Assembly (NCBI GenBank): GCA_038087875.1
Contig: CM075989.1
Location: forward strand, 6,634,001 to 6,698,000
DNA length: 64,000 nt
Direction: 5' to 3'
DNA from: Malacoraja senta
Taxonomy: Eukaryota
The notes under the pieces were generated by a model. That model was not told where the DNA came from. It did no database searches and saw only the letters and a program-made list of their open reading frames with translations. The position numbers and the translations under genes were made by a program. Positions 12,633-25,477 of this stretch are shown here, piece by piece (position 1 is the first letter of the stretch; each line of letters begins with the position of its first letter).

Positions 12633-12945
12633 GGCGGTCACGGTGCCGCAGTGGTAGAGTTGCAGCCTTACAGCGAATGCAGCGCCAGAGACCCGGGTTC
12701 ACTCCTGACTAGGGGTGCTGTCTGTACGGAGTTTGTACGTTCTCCCCGTGACCTGCGTTGGTTTTCTCCGATATCTTCGGATTCCTCCCACACTCCAAAG
12801 ACGTACAGGTTTGTAGGTTAATTGGCTTGATAAATGTAAAAATTGTCCTAGTGGGTGTAGGATAGTGTTAATGTGCAGGGATCGCTGGTCGGCACGGACC
12901 CGGTGGGCCGAAGGGCCTGTTGCCGCGCTGTATCTCTAAACTAAA
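12633..12945 (+). mobile_element. HE1/V-SINE-type SINE inserted in an older CR1 fragment (about 12520-13340)
   Basis: Full head, V-domain and tail; CR1 text continues on both sides. Confidence 0.88.
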
Positions 12946-14269
12946 AAGTTTGGACAAACTTGGATTGTTTCCTCTGGAGCGTCCGAGGCTGAGGGGGAGA
13001 CTTGACAGGTTTATAAACATTATGAGGGGCCTAGATAGGTTGGAAGTTAGAACATTTATCCAGGGTTGAGATGTCAGAGACTAGAGGGCATAGCTTCAAG
13101 ATGACCGGAGCAAAGTTTTAAAAAGATGTATGGGGCAATTTATTTTACACAGAGGTGGTTGTCAGGAACGTGTTGCCAGGGGTGACGGTGGAGCAGATAT
13201 GATAGAGGCATTTAAGGGGCTTTTAGAATAGGTGCATGGATATGTAGGGAATGGAGGAATATGCAGGCAGAGGAGATTAGTTGAACTTGGAGATCACACT
13301 CGGTACGGGTATTTTGGGCCAAAGGGCCTGTTCTCGTGTTATTTGTTGTGGTTAATGAGGAAATTATTAATGTTGAGTGTATTACTAAAACCATTTAGAC
13401 CAGAAAGTGCCGAGTTCAAACCCTGGCCAATCTTCAGCAGCTTATTGTAACCAAGGGGAACGATTTATACACAAAGCCTCATTGCTACAGTCCCCACATA
13501 TATGCTCCCCACCACTGTAATAGACCTCATGTTCAATTCACCAGCCTCATGAGGTCATACCCACCCCGAGCCATCTCCTGGGCTAAAAGGGAAGCCCATA
13601 CATAGAATGTGGTAAAAAATACTATCAGTTTGGGATCTAACAATGGGATCGGTTTCAGGCTTTTGTTTCCACCATTTCAGTTCCAAGCCTAGCTCATCTA
13701 ATGGGTGGTGAGCCTACCCACAGTTCCTTTGAAAATTATTCTTGGTTCAAATTCAACATCGGTTTCAGGATGTTAAATCCAGTGTGAGATTCAAGACGGT
13801 GATGAGACTTGGTGACTCTTTGCGTGTTGTCCCAGAAGAATATCGACTATTATCCGCTACATTCGCTCTACTCCTGTACTTGCGTACGATGCGGAACAAA
13901 GACGTTCACTATATCTTGATACTTGTGACTATAATAAACTAAACTAAATTAGAGTGACTGATCTTAAAAGCCTTGCTGACATGATGCATTCAGACTTTTT
14001 ATTCAGTATCTATTTCATGCTACACCTGAACTGGAGGTGAATGCTGCTGCTAAGTGCATGCAATTGAAAAGTTTCACATGCCCTTGGGCAGTTCTATTGT
14101 TGACACTGAAAGCAATGCTACTAGGATTTAAAAAATGTCATTGCTAGCTCCAAAGATAATGTCTCATTACGATTTTGAAAGCTGTGCTGGTGAATGACAG
14201 AGCAAGGGTATCGAGCCAAATGTTTGGTTCCTTGGTTTGAATTCAGTATTGGATGCTCCTTTTAACATG

Positions 14270-15380
<1,111 letters not shown>

Positions 15381-15668
15381 ACATGTTCACATCTTCCATT
15401 TTGTAAAAAAAGTCACAGTGATAAAAGCTATCAAAAGATCTGAGATATCACAGCTGGGAATTAATGAGACAATGTATCAGACACCCATTCTGAACCTCTG
15501 CTTTCATTACTTTATTCCCTTTGGCTTTAGGTCATTTGGATGAAGTGGTTTGTAATTTGAATATGAATTAATAGCAATGGACATAACCAGTTGCACTGCT
15601 GTGGCAGAATGAATTAATGTTGAGAATGTTAATTAATTTCCATTCAATCAGCAACAGTATTTCCTGTT

Positions 15669-15804
15669 GTAAGAAGGAACTGCAGATGCTGAGTTAAACC
15701 GGAGATAAGACACAAAGACACAAAATGCCGGAGTAACTCAGCGGGACAGGCAGCATCTTTGGATAGAAGGAATGGGTGATGTTTCGGGTCGAGACCATTC
15801 TTAT
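15669..15804 (-). mobile_element. Penelope-derived short element with 13-bp TSD, in the SLCO3A1 acceptor region
   Basis: AGTATTTCCTGTT at 15656-15668 and 15805-15817. Confidence 0.85.
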
Positions 15805-15826
15805 AGTATTTCCTGTTTGCTTGCAG

Positions 15827-15891
15827 GGCAGTTAATCCAGAACTCAAGTCGTACGCGTTGGGAGTCCTGTTCCTGCTCCTACGATTACTCG
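15827..15891 (+). CDS. SLCO3A1: SLCO3A1-like 65-bp coding exon (TM11)
   Basis: ttgcAG acceptor and G|GTGAGT donor. Translates (R)AVNPELKSYALGVLFLLLRLLG; phases are compatible with both neighbouring exons. Confidence 0.95.
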
Positions 15892-16314
15892 GTGAGTTTT
15901 CTCCCTATCTGCACTATTTAAAATATAAAAACATGTTAAATTGAGAAAGGTAGACAATGAGCTGAGACTGTAAACACTATGCGCAAAGGTATCAATGTAA
16001 AATTGCCCCTAGTGTATGTAGAATAGTGTTAGTGTGCGGGGATCGCTGGTCGGCGCGGACTCGGTGGGCTGAAGGGCCTGTTTCTGCGCTGTATCTCTAA
16101 GCTAAAATAAACTAAACTAAAGGGTGATGGAAAGCATGAATTGGTGTTTCCCTGATGCCACGTATGGGAGCGTTGGCCGATATAATGCAAAGTGTTGAGC
16201 TATACAGTAGAGATGTTACCATCTATGTGGCCAAGATGGCTAACACAACACAAACTGATTGCCGTGTTCCTTCATTAACATTGTCAGAGCCTTTTTTTAA
16301 GATCTGGTCTCATA

Positions 16315-16755
16315 CGTTCATGTGTTCTAGCAGAAGATTAAAGCCATTTGGTCATTAAGTCTACTCCACAATTCAATCATGGCTGATCTATCTCTACCTC
16401 CTAACCCCATTCTCCTGCCTTCACCCCATAACCCCAGACACTTGTACTAATCAAGAATTTATCTACCTCTGCCTTCAAAATATCCATTGACTTGACCTCC
16501 ACAGCCTACATTTTCCAATGAATTCCACAGATTCACCACCCTCTGACTAAATAAATTTCTCCTCATCTCCTTCCTAAAGGAACGTCCTTTTATTCTGAGG
16601 CTATGGCCTCTGGTCCTAGACTCTCCCACCAGTGGAAACATCCTCTCCACATCCACTCTATCCAAGCCTTTCACTATTCGGTAAGTTTCAATGCGGTTCC
16701 GCCCCTCATCCTTCTAAACTCCAGCGAGCACTGGCCCAGTGCCATCAAATGATCA
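16315..16755 (-). mobile_element. CR1 LINE 3' fragment
   Basis: GLDRVDVERMFPLVGESRTRGHSLRIKG...QRVVNLWNSL. Confidence 0.88.
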
Positions 16756-17139
16756 TTAATGCAATTAGTTCATTCACAAGCCATCACTTTGGCTTTCAAA
16801 TAAATAATGTTCTCCTGATGGTAGAAAATCTATTCAATTTTTGTTCAACAAACTTTAATTTGGTCTAAAATAATTCACACAGCTGCCTAATTTCTGTGAC
16901 CCAAGATCAATTGGTTGCAGATTAGTTTGATTGTGTTGGAATGATGAAAAAAAAATATCAGTGAAGTACTTGCGAGAACTTGCATTCGCAAGAAATAACA
17001 ATGGTGCTGCTCCAGGGGAACTATGGAAGGAATTCCAGGATTTTGATCCAGCATTCAAGAAGGTATGCCTTAATCAGGATGGCATGTGAGCAGAGAGCTC
17101 CTGATTCTCCCACAATCTTACTTGCCTATGCCATCTGCT

Positions 17140-17530
17140 GGTTGCCAAATATTTATTCTCCCCAACCCATTCCCACACACTGACCTTTCTGTCCTGGGCC
17201 TCCTCCATTGTCAGAGTGAGGCCTCATGCAAATTGGAGGAACAGCGCCTCGTATTTCGCCTGGGCAGCTTACAGCTCAGCGGTATGAACATGATTCTTTT
17301 GTTTCAAGTAACTCCTGCATTCTCTCCCCTCCCCCTTTCTCTCCCACCGCCCCCCCCCCCTTCCTCCCCCTTCCCCACCCTAGTCGTCCTACCAGTTCCA
17401 CTGTTCACATCCTTGTCTCCCTTTTGTTATCACACCTTCCCCCAGCCAACAATGGACCATTGTGGGCTCCACCCTTCCTGTGGTCATCCGTTGTCAGCCA
17501 TGATTTGACCTGGCCTTTCATCGTCTCCAG
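17140..17530 (+). mobile_element. Penelope-like element GIY-YIG C-terminal remnant
   Basis: HTDLSVLGLLHCQSEASCKLEEQRLVFRLGSLQLSGMN. Confidence 0.78.
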
Positions 17531-17602
17531 TTTACTGGTTAGCAAGCAACCAAAGCTTTTCACTGTACCTCTGTACACATAACAATAAACAAAACTAAAG
17601 TT

Positions 17603-17640
17603 TCAGTCTGAAGAAGGGTTTCGGCCCGAAACGTTGCCTA
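17603..17640 (+). ncRNA. Minimal hammerhead ribozyme-like motif (type I topology)
   Basis: CTGAAGA (17608-17614), extra A, stem II GGGT-TTCG-GCCC, GAAA (17628-17631), C-GTT. Helix I is only about 2 bp, so activity is unproven. Confidence 0.6.
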
Positions 17641-17861
17641 TTTCCTTCGCTCCATAGATGCTGCTGCACCCGCTGAGTTTCTCCAGCACTTTTGTCTACC
17701 TTAAACTAAACTAAATGTGTAGGAAGGAACTGCAGATGCTGGCTTAAACCTAAGATAGACACAAAAAGCTGGTGTAACTCAGCGGGTCAGACAATATCTC
17801 TGGAGAAAAGGAATAGAGGTCCTGCTGTGACCCGCTGTGTTACTCCAGCTTTTGTGTCTAA

Positions 17862-18340
17862 CTACAGAGAAAGGTTGAACAAGTTAGGTCTTTATTCTTT
17901 GGAGCGCAGAAGGTTAAGAGGGGACTTGATAGAGGTCTTTAAAATTATGAGCGGGTTAGACAGAGTGGACGTGGATAAGCTTTTCCCATTGAGAGTAGGG
18001 AAGATTCAAACAAGGGGACATGACTTGAGAATTAAGGGACAGAAGTTTAGGGGGAACATTAGGGGGAACTTCTTTACTCAGAGAGTGGTAGCTGTGTGGA
18101 ATGAGCTTCCAGTGGAAGTGGTGGAGGCAGGTTCGATGTTATCCTTTAAAAATAGATTGGATGGGTATATGGACGGGAAAGGAATGGAGGGTTATGGTCT
18201 GAGTGCAGGTAGATGGGACTAGGGGGAAGTATTTATTTTTAATTAAAAAAAAAAAAAATTTTAAATGTTCGGCACGGACTTGAAGGGCCGAGATGGCCTG
18301 TTTCCGTGCTGTTATGGTTATATGGTTATATATGGTTATA
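17862..18340 (+). mobile_element. CR1 LINE 3' fragment
   Basis: YRERLNKLGLYSLERRRLRGDLIEVFKIM...FFTQRVVAVWNELP; (GGTTATAT)n tail. Confidence 0.9.
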
Positions 18341-18614
18341 AACTAAATTAAACTAAACTGATACAAACAGCAAGTGTTTTATCTGAAATTGTTGAGTCAC
18401 TAGGGCTGCAACCTGCCCAGTCAGAAGGTAAGGTGCATCCTTGGGCCTTGTTGGGATAGTATGGGAAGGTGCGGAAAGAACGGTCGGGGTGGGATGGGAT
18501 GGAAAGTTATAGCCTCAGCCTAGGCCGGCAGCATCAGTGGCAGGTCAGTCCATCGAACTATTCGGGCCCCTTTTCCAGTTTGCTCTCGTGTGACACCATT
18601 CTTCCCTTCGACAG

Positions 18615-18999
18615 GCTTCATTCCTCCTCCTCTCATCTTTGGCGCTGGGATCGACTCGACCTGTTTGTTCTGGACCACCATCTGCGGGGAGCTGGGGGGC
18701 CTGTATGTTATACGATAACGTGGTGTATCGCTACCTGTACATCAGCATCGCCATCACGCTGAAGACTCTGGCCTTCATCCTCTACACCACCACCTGGCAC
18801 TGTTTGAGGAGGAACGCCAAGTACATGCGAGACGACGAGGGGAACCTACAGCCATTGACAGCCAGTGAACTCTTTGTATCGACCCAAACGCTGGACACAG
18901 TGGGGAGGGACTCCGCTCAGCATCCCGTCACAAAAGACCAAATTCATCTACAACCTTGAGGACCATGAGTGGTGTGAAAATATGGAATCCGTCCTATAA
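18615..18999 (+). CDS. SLCO3A1: SLCO3A1-like terminal coding exon, with two apparent +1 frameshifts in homopolymers
   Basis: acAG acceptor. GFIPPPLIFGAGIDSTCLFWTTICGELG, shift in G6 at 18694-18699, ACMLYDNVVYRYLYISIAITLKTLAFILYTTTWHCLRRN...TLDTVGRD, shift near 18924-18935, KTKFIYNLEDHEWCENMESVL with TAA at 18997-18999. The last 20 residues match the human SLCO3A1 C-terminus as recalled. Confidence 0.93.
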
Positions 19000-19720
19000 A
19001 AAAGAGAGATTTCATTTTGTACATTTTGTTTTTGAATGGAAGAAACAATATGCGATGGTGCCCAAACTTTAAAACAAAGACTAGTTTTTGTTTGCAAGCC
19101 AAGAGCAGGGCCTAAAAAGGATTGTGAATTAACTATTGAAGACTTGTGTGTATATTTGTGAGTGAGAGGGTTGGTCAGTGTAGCACACTGATGTTTTGTC
19201 CAGGTGCATAGTTTCAATTAATGTCTTGCTCGAATGCCTTGGCCAGTAGTGCTGGGATACTCCACATCCGAGAGTGATCTGGTGAGGGACCTCGCCACTT
19301 GAGTCGTGCTTCTGTGGGGTCTTTGCCTGGCGGAGGTTAGGCATTTGCCCTTCACTCTGTCCTTTGAGCCAAAGGTTCAACCTGCAAAGAGGTCCTCGCC
19401 ATTGCCGAAAACGGGACAAGCCGGTCTTCCCTCGAGTCTTCTTTCCAGGAGAAGGATTGGGAAGAGCCACCCACTCCCAAGTGAATTGGGCCAGGATGCG
19501 AAGCCCTTTGGAGCCGTGGCCAATGACCAGATCTGCTGTAGTCTCCAGTGAGGGAGAATTCCAGGACATGTGTCTGATCAAGGCTAATGTTACGCACCTG
19601 AGATGTGAATGGATTGACCTCTCCGCAATAAAGACCACAGGGCTCAAGAGCAATGAGACGCTAACAAAGTCTGTGAACACTCTGTCCTCTTGTAAATAAA
19701 TGTGTGGACGTCCCTTCACT
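19000..19720 (+). other. Probable SLCO3A1 3'UTR with candidate polyadenylation signals
   Basis: Repeat-free sequence after the stop codon; AATAAA at 19627-19632 and 19695-19700. Confidence 0.55.
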
Positions 19721-20020
19721 TGGCAGTAGAGAGGAGGAATAATTTGCCTCTTTGATATCTTAATCATTTACTGTATCTCTAGTCTTGGCTGAGAAATGTG
19801 TTCCACCATGATACGTTACATTTTCCCTTGAAAGCACTTAGAGTCTCTTATTTTGCAGTTCCACCTCCCCCACTACTAATCAATCCTTCAAAACTTGTGT
19901 TTCAGTGTCTTGCCTGGAAGTATGTATTTGAGTTTTAAAATAGCAAATTGTGAATCTCATCGACGGCTCACTGAAGATCACCAACTGAAGCAACATTTGG
20001 TCCCCTTCCATCTGTGCAGC

Positions 20021-20620
20021 GAGTATAGGAGCAAAGAGGTCCTTCTGCAGTTGTACAGGGCCCTAGTGATACCACACCTGGAGTATTGTGTGCAGTTTTG
20101 GTCCCCTAATTTGAGGAAGGACATGCTTGCTATTGAGGGAGTGCAGCGTAGGTTCACCAGGTTAATTACCGGGATGGCGGGAATGTCATATGCTGAGAGA
20201 ATGGAGCAGCTGGAGTTTAGAAGGATGAGAGGATATCTCATTGAAACATATAAGATTGTTAAGGGTTTGGACACGCCAGAGGCAGGAAACATGTTCCCGA
20301 TGTTGGGGGAGTCCAGAACCAGGGGCCACAGTTTAAGAATAAGGGGTAAGCCATTTAGAATGGAGACGAGGAAACACTTTTTCTCACAGAGAGTGGTGAG
20401 TCTGTGGAATTCTCTGCCTCAGAGGGCGGTGGAGGCAGGTTCTCTGAATACTTTCAAGAGAGAGCTAGATAGGGCTATTGAAGATAGCGGAGTCAGGGGA
20501 TATGGGGAGAAGGCAGGAACGGGGGTACTGATTGGGGATGATCAGCCATGATCACATTGAATGGCGGTGGTGGCTCGAAGGGCCGAATGGCCTACTCCTG
20601 CACCTATTGTCCTATTGTCT
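20021..20620 (+). mobile_element. CR1 LINE 3' fragment
   Basis: YRSKEVLLQLYRALVIPHLEYCVQFWSP...QRVVSLWNSLPQRAVEAG and 3'UTR. Confidence 0.92.
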
Positions 20621-20896
20621 AGGTGTAGGAAGGAACTGCAGATGCTGGTTTACACCCAAGTTAGAGATTCAAAATGTTGGAGTAACTCAGCGGGTCAGGC
20701 ACCATCTCTGGAGAAAAGGAATAGATGATGTTTCGGGTCTGAAGAAAGGTCTCGAACTGAAACATCACTGTTTCTTTTCTCCAGAGATGCTGCCTGACCC
20801 GCTGAGTTACTGCAGCGTTTAGTGTCTCTTGTGAATCATAGTTCATCATAGAAAGAGCCAGGGCCAAGATTTCTGGCCTGTGACGTTTTGTTTATT

Positions 20897-21175
20897 TTTA
20901 AAGATACAGCATGAAATCAGGCCCTTCAGCCCATTGGGTCCATGCCGGCCATTCACATTAGTTCTCAGTAATCCCATATTAGGTGCAATGTTACAGAGGC
21001 CTACTAACCTGTAAACCGGCCCGTTTTGGGGATGTGGGAGGAAACCGAAGCACCCAGAGGAAACCCACGTGGTCACAGTGAGAACGTATAAACTCCATAT
21101 AAATAGCAGCCGAGGTCAAGATTGAACCCGGGTCTCTGGCGCTGTGAGGTAGCAGCTCCACCACCTGCACCACCA
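20897..21175 (-). mobile_element. HE1/V-SINE-type SINE
   Basis: Consensus match on the minus strand. Confidence 0.82.
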
Positions 21176-21805
21176 CAAATGTTTCATATGTATTCTAAAG
21201 GAAGGCCATGGACCTGAGATGTTAATTGTTTCTCCCTCCGCTGATACAGCCTGAACAGCTGAGTATTTCCAGCATTCTCTCATTCCAGCTCAGAGTTCCA
21301 GTTCACTGCTATTGTTTTTTGTGACCATATATGTGTGTGAGTCCCAATCTTGTTCTTTCCCCGTGACTATTCTGCTTCCCCTTTGAACGAGATGATGAAT
21401 TTGCTTTCACAGCCCTTTCAGAAAACATATTCTCGAATCACAACTCTCTGAGTCTTTGCCAATTGGATTAGATGTGTTTTCTTTGGTTATTGGATTATTC
21501 ACTATTGACCTTTCTGCTGATGGAAATAGTTTCTCCCCATCTATTGAATCAAGATGTCTCTATATAAATCTCATTTCACAAGGAATGAATCATTAAACCC
21601 AGTCATGAAGATCTTTGTGGAAACAAAGAATTACAGATGCTGGTTTATACAAAAGGATACAAAGTGCCGGAGTAAATTAAGAATAGGAGGCAGAGATCAG
21701 CCATGATTGAATGGTGGAGTAGACTCGATGGGCCGAATGGCCTAATTCTACTCCTATAACTTGTGAACGTGAACTTATGAAGATGGAAAGATTGCATAGA
21801 AGATT

Positions 21806-22270
21806 TAAGCTGGAAAGGGTGCAGAGAAGATTTACAAGGATGTTGCCAGGACTCGAGTGCCCGAGCTATAGGGAGAGGTTGGGCAGGCTTGGAGTGCAGG
21901 AAGAAGAGGGGTGATCGTGTAGAGGTGTCTAAGGTCATGAGAAGAATAGACAGGGTAAATGCAGTTTTCTGCTCAGAGGAGGGGAAGCAAGAACCAGAGG
22001 ACATGGGTCTAAGTTGAGAAGGGAAAGATTTGATAAGAGCCTGAGGGGTCACTTTTTTTACACAATGTGTGGTGGGTATTTGGAACAAGCTGCCGGAAGA
22101 GCCAGGTACTATCACGATGTTCAAAAATCATTTGGACAGATACAAGGATAGGGCAGGTTAAGAGGGATATGGGCCAAATACAGGCAGGTGGGACTAGTGT
22201 AGATGGGACAAGTTGGTCAGTTTGGGCAAGTTGGGATGAAGGGGCTATTTCCACGCTGCCTGACTCTATC
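21806..22270 (+). mobile_element. CR1 LINE 3' fragment with the tail type shared with HE1 SINEs
   Basis: KLERVQRRFTRMLPGL; GGATATGGGCCAAA..CAGGCAGGTGGGACTAG 3'UTR. Confidence 0.8.
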
Positions 22271-22682
22271 ACTCAGTGGGTCTGGCAGCATCTCTGGAGG
22301 ACATGGATTCTCAAAAGGTCCTGACCCAAAATGTTGCCTATCCATATTCACCAGAGATGCTGCCTGATGCACTGAGTTACTACAGTGCTTTGTGTTTAGA
22401 TTCCAATTAAAATGTTTCCCCTTCACCTTAAACCTATCTCCTCTGGTCCTCGATTCACCTGCTCTGGGCAAGAGACTCTGTGCATCCACCTCCACACTAT
22501 TCCTCCTCACAGTTAGAGATTTGATTTGCCCAACATGGAGGCCACACCTTCTCCCTGTAAGGATACCTTCATTGGTTCAGAGTGCAAGAACCAAGGCTTT
22601 GAACACTCAGCGATATGTTGGACTGAAATTAATACAGCCTCCCAGCGCTGTTGGTTCACAAGATGGCATTGTGCACACAATG

Positions 22683-23010
22683 TCATAAGGAGGTCATAAT
22701 GAACAGGAGTAGAATTAGGCCATTCGGCCCATCAAGTCTACTCCGCCATTCAATCATGGCTGATCTCTCTCCCCCCTAACCCCATTCTCCTGCCTTCCAC
22801 CATAATCTCTGACACCTGTACTAATCAAGAATCTATCTCTGCCTTTAAAAATATCCACTGACTTGACCTCTACAGTCTTCTGTGGCAAAGAATTCCACAG
22901 GTCTAGCTAAATAAATGTCTCCTCATCTCCTTCCATGAACATCCTTTAATTCTCAGGCTATGGCCTCTAGTCCTAGACTCTCCCACTAGTGGAAACATCC
23001 ACTCCACATA
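22683..23010 (-). mobile_element. CR1 LINE 3' fragment
   Basis: Reverse complement of the CR1 ORF2 end and 3'UTR (ATCAGCCATGATTGAATGGCGGAGTAGACTTGATGGGCCGAATGGCC). Confidence 0.85.
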
Positions 23011-24404
23011 CAGGTTTGTAGGTTAATTGGATTGGGTAAGAAATTGTAACTTGTTCCTAGTGTGTGGAATAGAACTAGTGTACGGAGTGATCGCTGATCG
23101 GCGCGGACTCAGTGGTCTGAAAGGCCAGTCTCCGCGCTGTATCCCTAAAGACTAAACATCTAAAGTAATGAATAAACCTTCATTTATTTTAAATGGCATT
23201 TGCCATGAATGGTTAGACCACAGTAGGCCATTTCTTCCATCAAGTATTTGCCAGTTCCAAGTGGATCAATTTTAATCTGTTCCCTGCTAGTTCCCAGACT
23301 TCAGCAAGTTACTCCCTTTTGAAAGCACGTCTACCAACCCTACAGGCAAGGAATTCCAGATTATAAGGGCATGAAAATGTTTTACTGTATTTTCCTCATA
23401 TCTGTCCTAAACCTTTTGTCCAGAATATTAAACCTTTGTCCTCAGTGCGTTGAGTCGTCTGCTAATGGAAACTGCTCCCCTTTATATATCCGTACGTGAT
23501 CACTGTCATCTCTGTTAGATCTCCTCTCAACCCCTTTTGCTTCAAGGAGAACGTTTCTGGTGATCGGGTGACAATGGACTCAGCCCTCAACTTGGAAGCG
23601 TACATGATGTGAAGTTATCAACCTTCCATCTCAACTTACACCTGCACGAAGAAAGCTCTCAAGTTTTCAAATGCTCAAAATAGCTGCTCAGAATTAATAC
23701 GGTCAAGACATGAGGAATAACACATTCTTCTTTAAATACTGCCACAGGAACTTTCCCCTGAAGGCAAGACCAATATCCATATTGAAGCCCAATCTTGAGA
23801 ACAGCATCTTCCAAAATGTAAACACTAGGAACTGCAGTTGCTGGAATCTCGCGCAGAACACAAAGGAAAAGAAGTGTGCTTGGGTAGCTTACAACCCCAA
23901 TGGTATAAACATTGAATTCTCTCATTTTAGATAACTCTTAAAACATCTTCCTCTCCCCTCTCTATGACTCTCATTTTCTTCCCTTCGTCTAATAAACATT
24001 AGTTAACTAGTTCCACAGTTAGCTACTCTGTGTCCCTCTTTGTCTCACACCCGTGTCTAGCCAATAGTCAGCCTATCGGGGAAAGCCAAAACGTCAACTG
24101 TGTACTTTCTCCGGAGATGTTGCCTGACCCGCTGAGTTACTATCTTAGGTGTAGACCCGCACCTGCAGTTCCTTTTTATTGCAGAACACCAAGTGTTGGA
24201 GTAACTCAGCAGGTCAGGCAGCATCTCTGGCAGGCATGGGTAGGTGACATTTTAGACAATAGGTGGAGGAGTTGGCCATTCGGCCCTTAGGTTGGCATCC
24301 ATCTTCATACTGCCTTTTGCAAGAACAGGCAGAAACAACAGGTCTGCCAAGGTTTGTAGATTTTGGAAGAAGAAACAGGTAGTTTGGGGTTAGGGAACTA
24401 TAAG

Positions 24405-24689
24405 TGTAGGAAGGAACTGCAGATGCTGGTATAAACCGAAGATAGACACAAAAAGCTGGAGTAACTCAGCGGGACAGACAGCATCTGAGGAGGACAGGAA
24501 TGGGTGACGTCTCGGGTCGAGACCTTTCTTCTCAAGAAGGGTTCCGACCCGAAAAAGTCAACAATGCATTTTCTCCAGATATGTTGCCTGACCCTTCTGA
24601 AGAAGGGTCTCAACCGGAAACATCACCTATTCCTTTTCTCCTCAGATGCTGTCTGACCTGCAGAGTTAATCCAGCTTTTTGTGTCTTTC
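24405..24689. mobile_element. Penelope-derived element with inverted plus tandem modules and 14-bp TSD
   Basis: TAGGGAACTATAAG at 24391-24404 and 24690-24703; one reverse module followed by two forward modules. Confidence 0.82.
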
Positions 24690-25212
24690 TAGGGAACTAT
24701 AAGGTTGGGGAAATCTTCCAAAATGTAGCGGTCTCTGAATTACTGGATTCGAATATCAAATTCCTGTACAGGTTGGAGCACACAATGCGCTGCCAGAAAC
24801 TAGAATTGGACCAAGCCAACACTCTGAAAAGCACCAACGTTTTTTTTTAATTACATATTTTTTATTCTGAAACCCCTTTCACATTATGTTTACCTTGGCA
24901 TCCTCTGTAATTTAGAAATCTAGGAGCTATTTATTTTCCCATTCTGGTTTTGTGCCAACCAGCCTCTTCTGTCCCTATCTAGCTAATGATGATGGCACTG
25001 CATCAGCTTATAAAGCGCTGACATTTAAGGTACAAATTGAGCAAGGCTGGTGGAATCGCTCCTAAAATATAGTTGGGTGGTAGAATCTGGGGAAAGTTGA
25101 TCAGGTTTGGAGGGATATGGGCCAAACGCAGGCAGGTGGGACTATTGTAGATGGGACATGTTGGTCGGCGTGGGCAAGTTGGACCAAAGGACCCGCTTCC
25201 ACGCTGTCTTAG

Positions 25213-25477
25213 GTGGGCACAGTGGCGCAGCGGTAGAGTTGCTGCCTTACAGCGCCAGAGACCCAGGTTTGATCCTGACACGGGTGCTGTATGTTCTCCC
25301 CGTGACCTGCGTGGGTTTTCTCCCGGTTTCCTCCGCACTCCAAAGACGTACAGGTTTGTAGGCTAATTGGCTTTGGTAAAATTGGCCCCGGTGTGTAGGA
25401 TAGTGTAAGTGTAGGTGATCGCTGGTCGGCACGGACTTGGTGGGCTGAAGAACCTGTTTCCACGCTGTATCTCTAAA
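25213..25477 (+). mobile_element. HE1/V-SINE-type SINE
   Basis: GTGGCGCAGCGGTAGAGTTGCTGCCTTACAGCGCCAGAGACCC head and tail. Confidence 0.88.

Noticed and set aside
19129..19767. 212 aa minus-strand ORF
   Set aside because: Antisense to the probable SLCO3A1 3'UTR, with no recognisable domain.
24979..25025. C/D-box snoRNA (ATGATGA ... CTGA)
   Set aside because: Boxes are too close together, there is no terminal stem and no recognisable guide.
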